From Ascoidea asiatica JCM 7603 (taxonomy: Eukaryota; Fungi; Ascomycota), in the NCBI GenBank assembly GCA_001600695.1, contig BCKQ01000006.1, forward strand, positions 1,050,483 through 1,114,482: DNA of 64,000 nucleotides, in the 5' to 3' direction. A program made the translations under genes and the position numbers. The notes under the pieces were generated by a model that ran no database searches, was not told the DNA's origin, and saw only the letters and a program-made list of their open reading frames with translations. Position 1 is the first letter of the stretch. Each line of letters opens with the position of its first letter. This document shows, piece after piece, positions 12,197 to 23,232 of the stretch.

Positions 12197-12605
12197 CAGC
12201 CAGCTGATTTCTCATTCGGAAGATAGGTAATATGTTTCTTCTTGATGTGTGTTTATTTATTATGATACCGCTTTATACCTCAACTGTCGTTTTAAAATGC
12301 GTCTTGTAAAGCGTCGATTTCTGAGTATTCTTCGTCTGGTGTAGGTGCGAGTCTGTATTGTTATGTTATGTCTCTTCATTTTTTTTTGTTACTGGTCTAG
12401 TACTACCAGTACAACGCTTTAATGATAATACCATTACTCAACTCTTCAAGTTAAAAATACTCAAACTCAATAAACGAATTCATTTCTACAGATGAAATTT
12501 CAAATAAAAACTTTCCAATTTATTCATTGGTTATTAGAATTATATCAAATGGCTATATACTGATATGTAAATTTAAAGGAAACTCATGAGTTACACCTGT
12601 TTAAT

Positions 12606-13997
12606 CTACCATAAAGCTGCTGGAGTATAAACAGGAATAGCTACAGTAATACCATAACCTGTGGTTCCAACGGCCCATGCTGGTTTTGTTGGTTGAGTCC
12701 ATCCACTTGGTGAAGATGTAATAGTTGAAGAATGAGTGTATGTAGTTGTGTCAGTTCCTGTAGAAATACCATATCCACTACCATAAACATTTTGGTAAAT
12801 ATCAATCATATAATTTTTAACATATGCTGAATCTTTGTAAAAACTGAAATCTTCAACAGTAATATCGGATGGTAAAATATAATCACTACCTCTAATGAAA
12901 ACACCACTTCTAATTTGTTTAGTAGCACTTGAAGAAATTGCTGCAATTGATCCGCTAAAATTAGAAAATGTTAAACCACTAAGAGCAACAGCTCCTGAAG
13001 TTCCTGAAGAATTTTCCCAATATTGATTAATACTCAATCCATAACCTGTTTGATATCCATGAAAATTTTCGAAAAGACAATTTTTAACTGTTGAATCAGA
13101 TCCACCTGGATATGTTTTAATAAACATTAATTGATTTGTATAATATGAATTAACATTTCTAACATGCATATATGATATATCTGCATCTGATTTTAATGAT
13201 CCAATGGACATTCCATCCGCATTATTACAAATCATATTCTCAATTAATCCATGATGTGAAGGTGATTTAATTGAAACACATTCATCTTTATTAGTAACTT
13301 CACAATCATGAATATAATAATTTTTACCTGTGACATCAATACCATCAGTACCTCCTCTATTTGGTCCTCTGATTGTAAGATGATAAACTTCAACATTTTC
13401 AACACTATTCAAAACGAGATGAAAGGTTCTTGAATCAATTATAAATAAGTCATGAACTGCAGAATTTGTCATTCCTGTGATTCTTATTAATCTTGAAGCA
13501 CTAGCAACATATCCATTTGCTGCTCTATATTTATAACCATTACCTTGGATAGCACCTTTACCATTTGAGGAATACATTTCAAAATTATCAACATTTGCAA
13601 TTCTTATCATATCACTATGAGTAACAGTACCTGCACTATTTTTTTGATTGAAATCTCCATCATTATCAATATCAATCAAACCATCAATTTGAAATGCCCA
13701 ATTATCAACATTTGTTAATGCTAAATAGCTTGATAATTTCCAAGTTCCTTCAGGAATATATAATCTAGAATTTGATGTCTTTGCAACACAGCTGGTAAAT
13801 GCTTTATTGACTGCTGATGAAATATCACTTCCTGAAACCGCACCATAATCTGTAATATCACAAACTGTACTTTTCTCAGCTAATGTGGTTGTTGGACCAA
13901 CAGTTCCTGATAATCCATAAGTTTCACTTCTTTCTAAAATTTCAAGTGAAAAGGCTGTAGTAGCCAAAATTGAAAAAGTTAAAATACGATTTAACAT
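12606..13997 (-). CDS. Secreted GH28 rhamnogalacturonan hydrolase (RhgA-like)
   Basis: Signal peptide; LSGTVGPTT...VCDITDYGA N-terminus; catalytic region GGTDGIDV...EVTNKDECVSIKSP (the DE pair marks rhamnogalacturonases, vs DD in polygalacturonases); beta-helix repeats; intronless. Confidence 0.9.
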   Translation of the reverse strand: MLNRILTFSILATTAFSLEILERSETYGLSGTVGPTTTLAEKSTVCDITDYGAVSGSDISSAVNKAFTSCVAKTSNSRLYIPEGTWKLSSYLALTNVDNWAFQIDGLIDIDNDGDFNQKNSAGTVTHSDMIRIANVDNFEMYSSNGKGAIQGNGYKYRAANGYVASASRLIRITGMTNSAVHDLFIIDSRTFHLVLNSVENVEVYHLTIRGPNRGGTDGIDVTGKNYYIHDCEVTNKDECVSIKSPSHHGLIENMICNNADGMSIGSLKSDADISYMHVRNVNSYYTNQLMFIKTYPGGSDSTVKNCLFENFHGYQTGYGLSINQYWENSSGTSGAVALSGLTFSNFSGSIAAISSSATKQIRSGVFIRGSDYILPSDITVEDFSFYKDSAYVKNYMIDIYQNVYGSGYGISTGTDTTTYTHSSTITSSPSGWTQPTKPAWAVGTTGYGITVAIPVYTPAALW

Positions 13998-16612
13998 TCT
14001 AGAACTGAATAAAAAATTTAAGTAAAGGAGTGAATAAATGAATGTTTTTTTTTAACTTAGTCTAGTAATAATTGAACTTACTATAATATATTCAATTTCA
14101 ATCAAAAATCTAAATTTTAGTTGACCATTTCATTTGCTTTTATATAAAAAAAAAATAAATACCTTAATTAAATCATTTGACTTTATCTTTGGATTTACCA
14201 TAATTCTCTTTTGAATGTTTGCGTAAGTTAGTAAAACACATTAACATTTGGTATTGATATTTCAATTGTTTTATTATTATTAATAAAATCATAAACTCCA
14301 AAAACACCAATTTTAAAATATTCTCATAATGATTATTAGAGATTATTAACCCTGAAATTATCAATACTAATATTATTCATTTCATTCTTTTTCATTATTT
14401 AAGCGTAAAGTTATCATTATTTTCACCTCTCATTAAAAACAGGGAGAAATACAGAAGTTTCTATAATAAATTACAATAATTAAAAAGTTATAACTTTGGG
14501 GTGACATATTTTATAATTTAATGAAAGTCAAATCATTTTTCTTAAACTCTAACGTAACATTACTGTATCAGTTTCATCTACTTAGCGTTACAAGCCGTTT
14601 TCATAATTTTCTGAAACATCAAATAGAAGTTCTGATGCTTTAATCAAATATTTCAAATATTCTCAAGAAAAGTTGTTGGTTTATTTTGACAATCATTCTG
14701 ATTTCAATGAAAGCTCTAATATTCAAAGCACAGAAATAAAAAATGCCAATATTCAATTATCTCTTTTTTTCCCATCAACTGGAACCTAATAAAATATTGA
14801 ATAAAGAAATGTAATTCCAATAAAAAAATTTAAATTTTCAAATAGTTGTTTTCATGGAATTCAAAGTGAATCTATAAGGAGATTTTTTTTTAAAAAAAGG
14901 AATTGATCTTCCGCGTAGTATCTTTGCATTGCTCGATGTTACCAACATTGTCTCTACCAATAAAAGCATTACAATAAATGCTAGTCAAAAATGAAGATAA
15001 TATCAATTGTAAAATCGTATAAATATGAGAATCTGATATTTAAATCAATAAGTCTGCTCTATCTTAATTTGAATGGTAAATAAGAAAGAAAGAAATATTA
15101 ATGAAAAAATGTAAAAAGAAGAATGCTCAACAAAGCAATACTGAAAAGGCATTTTTCGACTAATTTATTCTTAATGCTTATAAGTATTTTCAATTCTCTT
15201 GGACACAAGATTGTAAGTTGCTTAAAGGTAAATATTTTTTAAAATTAATATCTTTATTTCAATTTTTGTGGAAGGACTTCGCCTAACTCAAAAAAATTCA
15301 AATAATTCTGTCATAGATAAAACTCAATTACTCCTAAACAATACATTAAATTTAATTTTTATTGCTTTAAAACTTAGGTATGATATGATAAGGAATATAA
15401 ACTAATCGTAATATTACGAATAAAAATTTGCTTCAGTTATTCTAATGACTGGATTATCGTATTTATAAATGTTTTGCCTTTTTTTAAAGCTATTGGGAAC
15501 CATATTTAAAACTAAAATACATGATATTAAGGATAATGTAACCTTTGCTTCTGATTAATAAGTTTGATATTAATAAAAAATAATTCTATTGAGTTAAAGT
15601 GTATTTTCACTTGCTTTATCGTTTTTAAAAAAATAAATAAATTTAGAAACGAAAAGTAAATTGAATTGTTCGAACTCTTTTCGATAATTGATTAATGACT
15701 TTTGACTATTTGATCACCTATTAAATAACTAAATATTGCAAGAGTAGTAGTATTTTCAAATTCTAAATGAGGTTTCTCATTCTGGATTTACCTCAGATAA
15801 TACAAAAAAATTTTTCTCTCTTAAGGATCAAAAAATACTATTGTAGAGTGATAAAATATTATCAGAATTTCGTATGAGAGTGGGCTATTGATCCTAATCG
15901 CGATTCCTACCAGTATAACTTCAAATCAAAATCAAAAAAAAAACAGAAAATCTTAGATTTAAGCTTTTATATATTCCTTTAGAATTATGAAAGAATTGTT
16001 TTAAGGATCAAACATAGCTCAACAAAACTGATCCCCATCTTACTAAGATACAGTAGAATGCAGTAACTTAACAAATAAAAATATCATTATTATTGTCAAT
16101 ATTTTGTATTTTCTTGAAAAAGCTGTTGATATTATTTGCTTCTAGGACCGATTTCGGAAAAAAATGTTTTGTTTGAAAACCGAATTCTGTAAAATAACAA
16201 CAAAGAAACTGAATTTAGAAGTCTTTTATTCTTTCTGATTCAATATTTCAATACTCAAGGAAAGCTTGAGTTAAAGTTTTTGTTTCGTAATTGTATTATT
16301 GTTTTTCAGGAGGCTTTGAAAACGCAGCTCCTACTAATATTATTAAGAGCATCCATAATTATGGTATCCAATAGTGATCTTATTGAGACCAGAAGTTCTT
16401 AATAGATATTTTTGAATCATTATTTCACTTGACAGACTATGAATAATTGTATTTTTAATCTGAGAGTTATGAGAGTTAAGTATTTGTTTGCCCGGAAATT
16501 CAAAAGAAATATTGTATAAATATAAAGGCCATTCAGTTATGGTTATAATAAAATGAAGTTTTTAAACAAATAACCTATTGAATATCAATAAAAAAAAAAA
16601 TAAATCGAAATT

Positions 16613-17635
16613 ATGAAATTTTCAATTGTTTCCATAACAGCTTTTTCTGTTTTACTTCAAAGGTCTTTAGCAGACACTTGCGCTGCAAATTATTATCAAT
16701 GTGGTGGTAAAAGTTGGACTGGTGCTACTTGTTGTAATTCTGGTTTCACTTGCGTTGTTGTCAATGATTACTATTCACAATGTCAAGAAGGAGGTGATAG
16801 TGACGATACAACTTCTGCAGCAGTCATAAGTTCTTCAGTTTCTTCAACTTCTCAAGAAGCGGTGACTAGCCTTTCAACATCTTCTGCTGCTGAAGTATCG
16901 ATTGCCAGTGATGATGTAGTTGAAGCGGCTGCAGTTTCCACATCTTCAACTAGTTCAAGCACTAGCTTTACTGTTTTCCCTGGTGGAAAATCTGGAAAAA
17001 CAACAACCAGTCGTTATTGGGATTGTTGCAAAGTAACTTGTGCTTGGTCTGGATACATGAACTCTAGTGCTCCTATAAGATCTTGTAAAGCTGATGGGGT
17101 AACAACAATTGATGATAACACTCAAAGTGGTTGTGTTGGTGGGGATGCTTATATGTGCTCGGATCAAGCTCCATGGGCGGTTACTGATAATTTGGCATAC
17201 GGGTTTGTTGCAGCAGCTGTAATGGGTGGAGATCAGGCTTCAGAATGCTGTGCTTGTTATCATTTGAAATTCACTTCGAGTTATTTTAGTGGTAAAGAAA
17301 TGGTTGTTCAAATCACTAATACTGGAAGTGAAGGTGATGATTTGACGGAAAGTAACTTTGAATTACAAATTCCAGGTGGTGGTGTTGGTTATTATACTGA
17401 AGGTTGTGCAACTCAATGGGATACATCTGTAAGTGGATGGGGTGAACAGTATGGTGGTGTTGATTCTGAATCAGAATGTTCTGAATTACCTAGTGCCTTG
17501 CAAGATGGTTGTGATTGGAGATGGGATTGGATGGATGGTGCTTCTAATCCAGATGCCACTTATGAAAGAGTTGTTTGTCCTACCGAAATCACTGATGTTT
17601 CAAAATGTATCAGAGATGATGAAGCCGATCTATAA
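16613..17635 (+). CDS. Secreted CBM1 - Ser/Thr linker - GH45 endo-beta-1,4-glucanase-family protein
   Basis: Signal peptide; CBM1 [13 protein letters not shown]...NDYYSQC; S/T-rich linker; GH45 motifs [31 protein letters not shown]. Confidence 0.95.
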   Translation: MKFSIVSITAFSVLLQRSLADTCAANYYQCGGKSWTGATCCNSGFTCVVVNDYYSQCQEGGDSDDTTSAAVISSSVSSTSQEAVTSLSTSSAAEVSIASDDVVEAAAVSTSSTSSSTSFTVFPGGKSGKTTTSRYWDCCKVTCAWSGYMNSSAPIRSCKADGVTTIDDNTQSGCVGGDAYMCSDQAPWAVTDNLAYGFVAAAVMGGDQASECCACYHLKFTSSYFSGKEMVVQITNTGSEGDDLTESNFELQIPGGGVGYYTEGCATQWDTSVSGWGEQYGGVDSESECSELPSALQDGCDWRWDWMDGASNPDATYERVVCPTEITDVSKCIRDDEADL

Positions 17636-18288
17636 TCTGCTTAGAAAAAGAGTATTGTCTAGTGAAGTTTATGCTTTGTTTCTAAATTTTCTTGTTTTTT
17701 TTTTTTTTTTATACTTTTTATATTACTGTGAAAATCTTTTCATTTCTAAAGTAGCAATTTTCCAATTAAAAGCTGGTTCTTTTAAAGAATGAATAATATA
17801 CTATTTAGGCATTTTAGAGGTATGGATTGTAAATATTCTCATAAGTTTTATTTATTTTTTTATATTTTTTTTTTTTTTTTTAACGAAAAACATTAAAGTA
17901 TGTAAAACTTTTTTTTTTTGAACCTTCCTTTTGAAGATGGGAGCGTCGGAATTACTGACTTAGGAATTCGTCATAATTAAAATAACTTTAAAATATCTCG
18001 GTTGGTGTAACGGTTAACTTTAACAATTAAATTGCTGTTTATCATTTGCTAATTGAATATTGAAAATTATTGATAAATCAAGGAATGCTTTCCAATAATT
18101 GATAGCCAAATTTTATTACAAGGTTAGTTAAATTTCAATTACAATTTTGAGAAAAATTTAATTAGACATTAATTTGTTAAGTATCTTTTAAAACTAAGAC
18201 TAATACCCTGTTTATATTACCTGAAAAGCACAATTTTCTAGATTTTGATAAAAAAGCTAGTGAAAAAAAAGAGAAGATTATATAAATT

Positions 18289-18984
18289 ATGAGTCTTTTC
18301 CCAGATATCGAGGATCAAATTACTTCTGCTATTCCAGGATACAATATAGCAACATTTTTATTTGATGAATATGCTGGCGACAATTTGCAAACAAAAGATC
18401 CATTTGTTGAAGTTTTACCAAATGGGGATGAAAAAAAAAGAAGAGCACCAACTGGTTCGAACAAAGAAGAGATAAAAGTTTGGAAAAAAATTCAAAAAAA
18501 GGCTTGGGTTCATGATCGATGTATGTGTGGATGTTATCCAATTGATTGTGGATTAGGATTGGCAACAATAATAAGTATAGTTCCAGTTTTAGGACCGATT
18601 TTAATTTATGTTGTTCATGCTAGATTTATTTCGTTTGCTGATCAAATTTTACATTTACCTTCAAAAGTTGTTGCAAAAATGTATGCCAATATTTTGTTTG
18701 ATTTTTTAATAACATTGCCGCCAATTATTGGTACATTATTAGGATATTTGAATGCATGTTCTACGAGGAATGCAGCAATTATTCATACTGAAATGAAAAA
18801 AGTGTGCTTAAAAAGATTAGAAATGCAAAATTTAATTCCAAATTCAAAGCAAACTAGATTTCAGCCAATGAATATAGATGATTCAAATGCATTTTTAGAT
18901 ACAAATAATTCAAAAAATAAGAAAAAAAAGTCAGCAAAATATTTGAATTATAAACAATTTGATCAAGAAGCAGGTATTAGATGA
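18289..18984 (+). CDS. DUF4112-like membrane protein
   Basis: DPFVE motif, AWVHD...GLATIISIVPVLG and KMYANILFDFLITLPPIIG hydrophobic hairpins match the recalled DUF4112 pattern. Confidence 0.7.
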   Translation: MSLFPDIEDQITSAIPGYNIATFLFDEYAGDNLQTKDPFVEVLPNGDEKKRRAPTGSNKEEIKVWKKIQKKAWVHDRCMCGCYPIDCGLGLATIISIVPVLGPILIYVVHARFISFADQILHLPSKVVAKMYANILFDFLITLPPIIGTLLGYLNACSTRNAAIIHTEMKKVCLKRLEMQNLIPNSKQTRFQPMNIDDSNAFLDTNNSKNKKKKSAKYLNYKQFDQEAGIR

Positions 18985-19209
18985 AAATATATCAATACCA
19001 GAAATTATTATTGTAATTTTTCTTATTTTGAATTCAATTTGAAATTGACATTAGGTTTCAATGATGTTAGTCTTTTACAAAATACCGATATATAGGTGAA
19101 TACTATTGACCTTTAATTAAACAAAACTAAGCTAAACAAAACGAACTAAAATAACAATAGGAGTAATAAATAGAGTAACTACAAAAACAAATTTTTGGGA
19201 GTTGAAAGG

Positions 19210-19812
19210 TTACCAATTTGAGTTATTGTTATCATCATTTCCTCCATATGAATCGCCTCCCCTTGAAGAAGAACCATAAGAATTATCATTATCGTTGCTA
19301 GAAGAGCCACCATACGAATTTTCACCTCTTGAAGAACTTCCATAAGAGTTATCATTATCGTTAGAAGAAGAACCTCCATAAGAATTGCTACCTCCCTTTG
19401 AAGAAGAACCATAAGAATCATCATCATCTCTAGAAGAAGAATTACTACCATATGAGTCACCTCCTCTTGAAGAGGAACCATAGGAGTCATTACTATTACT
19501 ATTGCCACCATAAGAATCGCCTCCACTCGATGAAGAACCGTAAGAATCATTTTTCGATGAAGAACCGTAAGAATCATTTTTCGATGAAGAGCCGTATGAA
19601 TCACTGGAGTCATTATTACCTCTTGAAGATGAACCATAGGAATTGTTAGAATCTCCTCTTGAAGATGAACCATACGAATTGTCAGAATCTCCTCTTGAAG
19701 ATGAACCATAAGAATCGTTAGAGTCATTATTGTCTCTTGAGGAAGAACCATAAGAATCATTATTGGATGATCTGTTGTTATCATCATCATTATCACGACC
19801 GAATAAACCCAT
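19210..19812 (-). CDS. Ser/Gly/Asn/Asp-rich disordered repeat protein (16 SYG motifs), hydrophilin-like
   Basis: AAAAATG start context; [D/N]SYG[S/G]SS(R/K)G repeats with synonymous variation between units; TATA-like element near 20005. Confidence 0.8.
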   Translation of the reverse strand: MGLFGRDNDDDNNRSSNNDSYGSSSRDNNDSNDSYGSSSRGDSDNSYGSSSRGDSNNSYGSSSRGNNDSSDSYGSSSKNDSYGSSSKNDSYGSSSSGGDSYGGNSNSNDSYGSSSRGGDSYGSNSSSRDDDDSYGSSSKGGSNSYGGSSSNDNDNSYGSSSRGENSYGGSSSNDNDNSYGSSSRGGDSYGGNDDNNNSNW

Positions 19813-20790
19813 TTTTAAAAAGTTGTTTTAGAGAAATTATCTGAAGTTTTATGGTAATATTGAAGTATCAATACTAATAAGCAAAAAAATTGATTTGTAT
19901 TTTGAATAGCAAATATTTATAAAGAAATTAATTATTTATAAAGTTGTTTAAAAAGATTAAATAATGAAATCAGGTCGAATTGTATTGGGAACTAGGGACA
20001 TATTTATACTAATTGGTTCTTTAATATATTCGTAAATATATTATGGGGGGCAAATTTAAAGATAAATGATAAAAACACACCTCAATCATTTTGTTGAGTT
20101 AAGAGATGAAATTAGACATGAATCGAAGGGATTTTTATTAGAGTGTGTACTTATTTTATATAGCGATATCGTATCATAGGATGATCCTATTAGGATTTCA
20201 TAAGAATCTCATATTACGTTAGCAGTTGAAGTTCTACGCTAAAGTGCTGGTAATTTAATAAAGATATTGAGTGAGATTGTCTAGATTTAGCTAGTTATAT
20301 TCAAGGTAATTAGTTTTAGTTTAATTCAATTGAATTAAGTTGGAAAATATTATTGAAATCATGAAATCATGAAATTTGAGGAATATTCGAAACTTCGTTT
20401 TAAAAGTTGAAATTGGAAAGGAATTTGGAAAAGGCATCGACGGCATCGGGAAACAATTTAAAAATTACGTAAGCTATTACTTACGCTTGATGAGCACGTT
20501 GATTCGAGGAGAGGAGACACGTCTTTAAGAAGTTGTAGCCACAGTGACGATGACAAAGATCCGATCGACAGCTTTTTCATCCTTGATGCTGGTAGCGTTA
20601 GTCTTTATTGATCCGTGCAGAAATCCAATTATTAATTCTCAAATTTCAAACTCTTCAAATCTCTCTTACTAGAAAATTCAAGCTCTTCATATTTGTAAAT
20701 GACTTCAGTTTATGAACCTTGTTAATTTTTCGAATTCTGCCTGAATATTCCTGTAATGTTACGCCAAAGTTTTTTTAAAAAGCAACTTAT

Positions 20791-20846
20791 GTTACGCAGT
20801 TCCTACGCAGTTCCTACGCAGTTTGTACGCAATTGTTACGCAACTT
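20791..20846. repeat. Degenerate 10-bp tandem repeat (TACGCAGTTC-like, about 5 copies)
   Basis: gttacgcagt tcctacgcag ttcctacgca gtttgtacgc aattgttacg caactt. Confidence 0.8.
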
Positions 20847-21104
20847 CCCTGCAACTCGCCTCACATATAAATAACATGCACCCACCACAAAACAGTAAGT
20901 CGATTGGCTTATGTAGGCACTACTAAACTTCCCACTTGATTTATAGATCTACAACAAAAAGTTCCAGCGTATTGCATGTGCTTATGAGTGGCCACTTTAA
21001 TGGGTCAATATCTAAAAATCAAATATATCAGTATTGTTATATTACATACATCTTATATCTAATAAAGCGCAAAATTTAAAATTTAACCTACCAAAAAGAG
21101 TTAT

Positions 21105-22784
21105 TTAATGTCCATGTGGATCTTCTTTTGGTGGTTCTGGATCAACTGTGATCATTGTATCAATTCTTAAAATGGCAATACAAGCTTCGACTGCTGATTT
21201 TAAACTTTTGATTTTACTAACAGTTGGCTCTAAAACTCCATGTATAGTTTCATCTTGAAGTTTACCTTTGATTAATTCAAGACCATAATTTTTGTAATTT
21301 TTTCTTTTTAAATCTGTAGGTAATGCACTTTGACTAGCTGCATGGTAGCTTCTTAATTTTGCAACCAATTCTGATGAATCTTTAGCTGCATTTTTGGCTA
21401 ATGTTTTAGGTATAACTAATAACGAGTTAGCAAATTCAGCAATAGCTAATTGTTCTCTTGATCCAACTGTAGTTGCAAAATTTTCTAAATAAATATTTAA
21501 AGCAGTTTCAACTGCTCCACCTCCTGGAACTACATTTCCACTTTCTAATGTTCTTTTAACAACTGATAATGAATCGTGCAAAGATCTTTCCATTTCATCT
21601 AAAGAATAATCATTTGGTCCTCTTAATATTATAGATGATGATGAATGTTTTTCTGTATCATTAATCACAATACATTCATCATCAGAGATTCTTATTTGCT
21701 CAACGGATTTTGCATGACCTAAATAACTACTTTCAAAAGTTTCATCTCCTTCAAGATTTGACATTGATGTAATGAAGGTGGCCCCTGTTGCTCTTGCAAT
21801 TCTTCTTAAATCTTCTTTTTTACAACGTCTAACTCCCATACAATTATTTTCAACAAATTCCTTAAGACATAAATCATCTATACCTTTTGTAGTTAAAATA
21901 ACATTGGCACCTGCATTGATGATTTTTTGAATTCTTTCAATAATAATTCCATATTCTCTTTTTCTGATTTCTTCCAATTGTTCTGGATCTTCGATATTGA
22001 TTTGAACACCTAATGACATTTTTTGTTTCTGTAAATTAAGATCTAAGATTGCAATTTTGGCATTGTTTATAACTTTTGGCATGGCTTGCGATGCAACTGT
22101 ACAATTTAACGCATATCCATTAACTAAAAAAGATTCTTTGGATGACTTACCATGAGCTTTTAGAATATTGACAGCCTTTATTGGATATTTGATTTCACCT
22201 TTTCCATTTGTAGTTTTTACTGCTAAAATTGCTTCAACAACCATTTTACTGAAAAAATCAGAATCTGATCCAATTATTTTTGAGGACATTGAAGTTTTAG
22301 CAATATTAATTAATGTATTAGTTCCTAAATTAGAAACTGGTTGAGACAAAACTTCATTGATATATCTTATAGCTTCTCTTAAAGCTAACCTATATCCAGT
22401 TATAATAGTGGTTGGATGAATTTTATTATTAACTAATTCATTAGCTCTCTTAAGTAATTCAGAAGCTATTATTACAACAGAGGTTGTACCATCACCAACT
22501 TCTTTATCTTGTTGTTGAGCCAATTCCACAAGAATTGTACCTGCCGGATGTTGAACATCTAACAATGATAAAATTGTTGCACCATCATTTGTAACAGTAA
22601 CATCACCGATATCATCTACCAACATTTTATCCAATCCAACTGGTCCTAGAGAAGATTTTATGACATTTGAAATTGCTTGGGTTGCTAAAACATTTTGATT
22701 TCTTATATCACTACCTGAAATTTTTTCACCTCCAAGAAATAATGTATCCGATCTAATTGTAGAAAACATTTGCTGAGATGACAT
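21105..22784 (-). CDS. TCP1: Chaperonin CCT subunit alpha
   Basis: [46 protein letters not shown]; C-terminal EPPKEDPH. Confidence 0.98.
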   Translation of the reverse strand: MSSQQMFSTIRSDTLFLGGEKISGSDIRNQNVLATQAISNVIKSSLGPVGLDKMLVDDIGDVTVTNDGATILSLLDVQHPAGTILVELAQQQDKEVGDGTTSVVIIASELLKRANELVNNKIHPTTIITGYRLALREAIRYINEVLSQPVSNLGTNTLINIAKTSMSSKIIGSDSDFFSKMVVEAILAVKTTNGKGEIKYPIKAVNILKAHGKSSKESFLVNGYALNCTVASQAMPKVINNAKIAILDLNLQKQKMSLGVQINIEDPEQLEEIRKREYGIIIERIQKIINAGANVILTTKGIDDLCLKEFVENNCMGVRRCKKEDLRRIARATGATFITSMSNLEGDETFESSYLGHAKSVEQIRISDDECIVINDTEKHSSSSIILRGPNDYSLDEMERSLHDSLSVVKRTLESGNVVPGGGAVETALNIYLENFATTVGSREQLAIAEFANSLLVIPKTLAKNAAKDSSELVAKLRSYHAASQSALPTDLKRKNYKNYGLELIKGKLQDETIHGVLEPTVSKIKSLKSAVEACIAILRIDTMITVDPEPPKEDPHGH

Positions 22785-23004
22785 TGTGAAAGTTACTAAT
22801 CAATTACTCTATTCAAAACAATGAACCACTTTCTAACAAATATAAGAAATATGATTAATATCTTTAATGGTTTTTAATTAATTTCAAATATATTTTAGAA
22901 ATTTAATTCTCAATTAATTGCTTAGTTTTGATAAATAAATTTTCAAAACAGCAAATAATTTTAGTAACGTTAAGAACTTTCAGAATATAATTTAAATTAT
23001 CGCT

Positions 23005-23013
23005 AGTGGCAAA
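23005..23013 (+). promoter_or_regulatory. Possible Rpn4/PACE-type element in the TCP1/AIM10 divergent promoter
   Basis: AGTGGCAAA, a variant of GGTGGCAAA, upstream of a chaperonin gene; single motif match only. Confidence 0.3.
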
Positions 23014-23232
23014 AGGGCCTGGTTTTCTCTCAATGAAAATAAATCCGCATATATGTACCACAAAATTGGTTTCTTTTATGAAAATCAATAAAATAGTTTA
23101 AATAACTTGAAAGACATCAAATCTTGGTATGTATTTTTGTTTGAAAAACTCAATTTTGAGAGAGACAATCCAATGAACATTGCAAAACAATAATAACTAA
23201 TATATAATTTAGTTTCGAGTTATTTGAATATA

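Noticed and set aside
19179-19796. 205-aa overlapping ORF in another frame of the SYG-repeat gene
   Set aside because: By-product of a repetitive sequence lacking stops; synonymous variation and start context favour the SYG frame.
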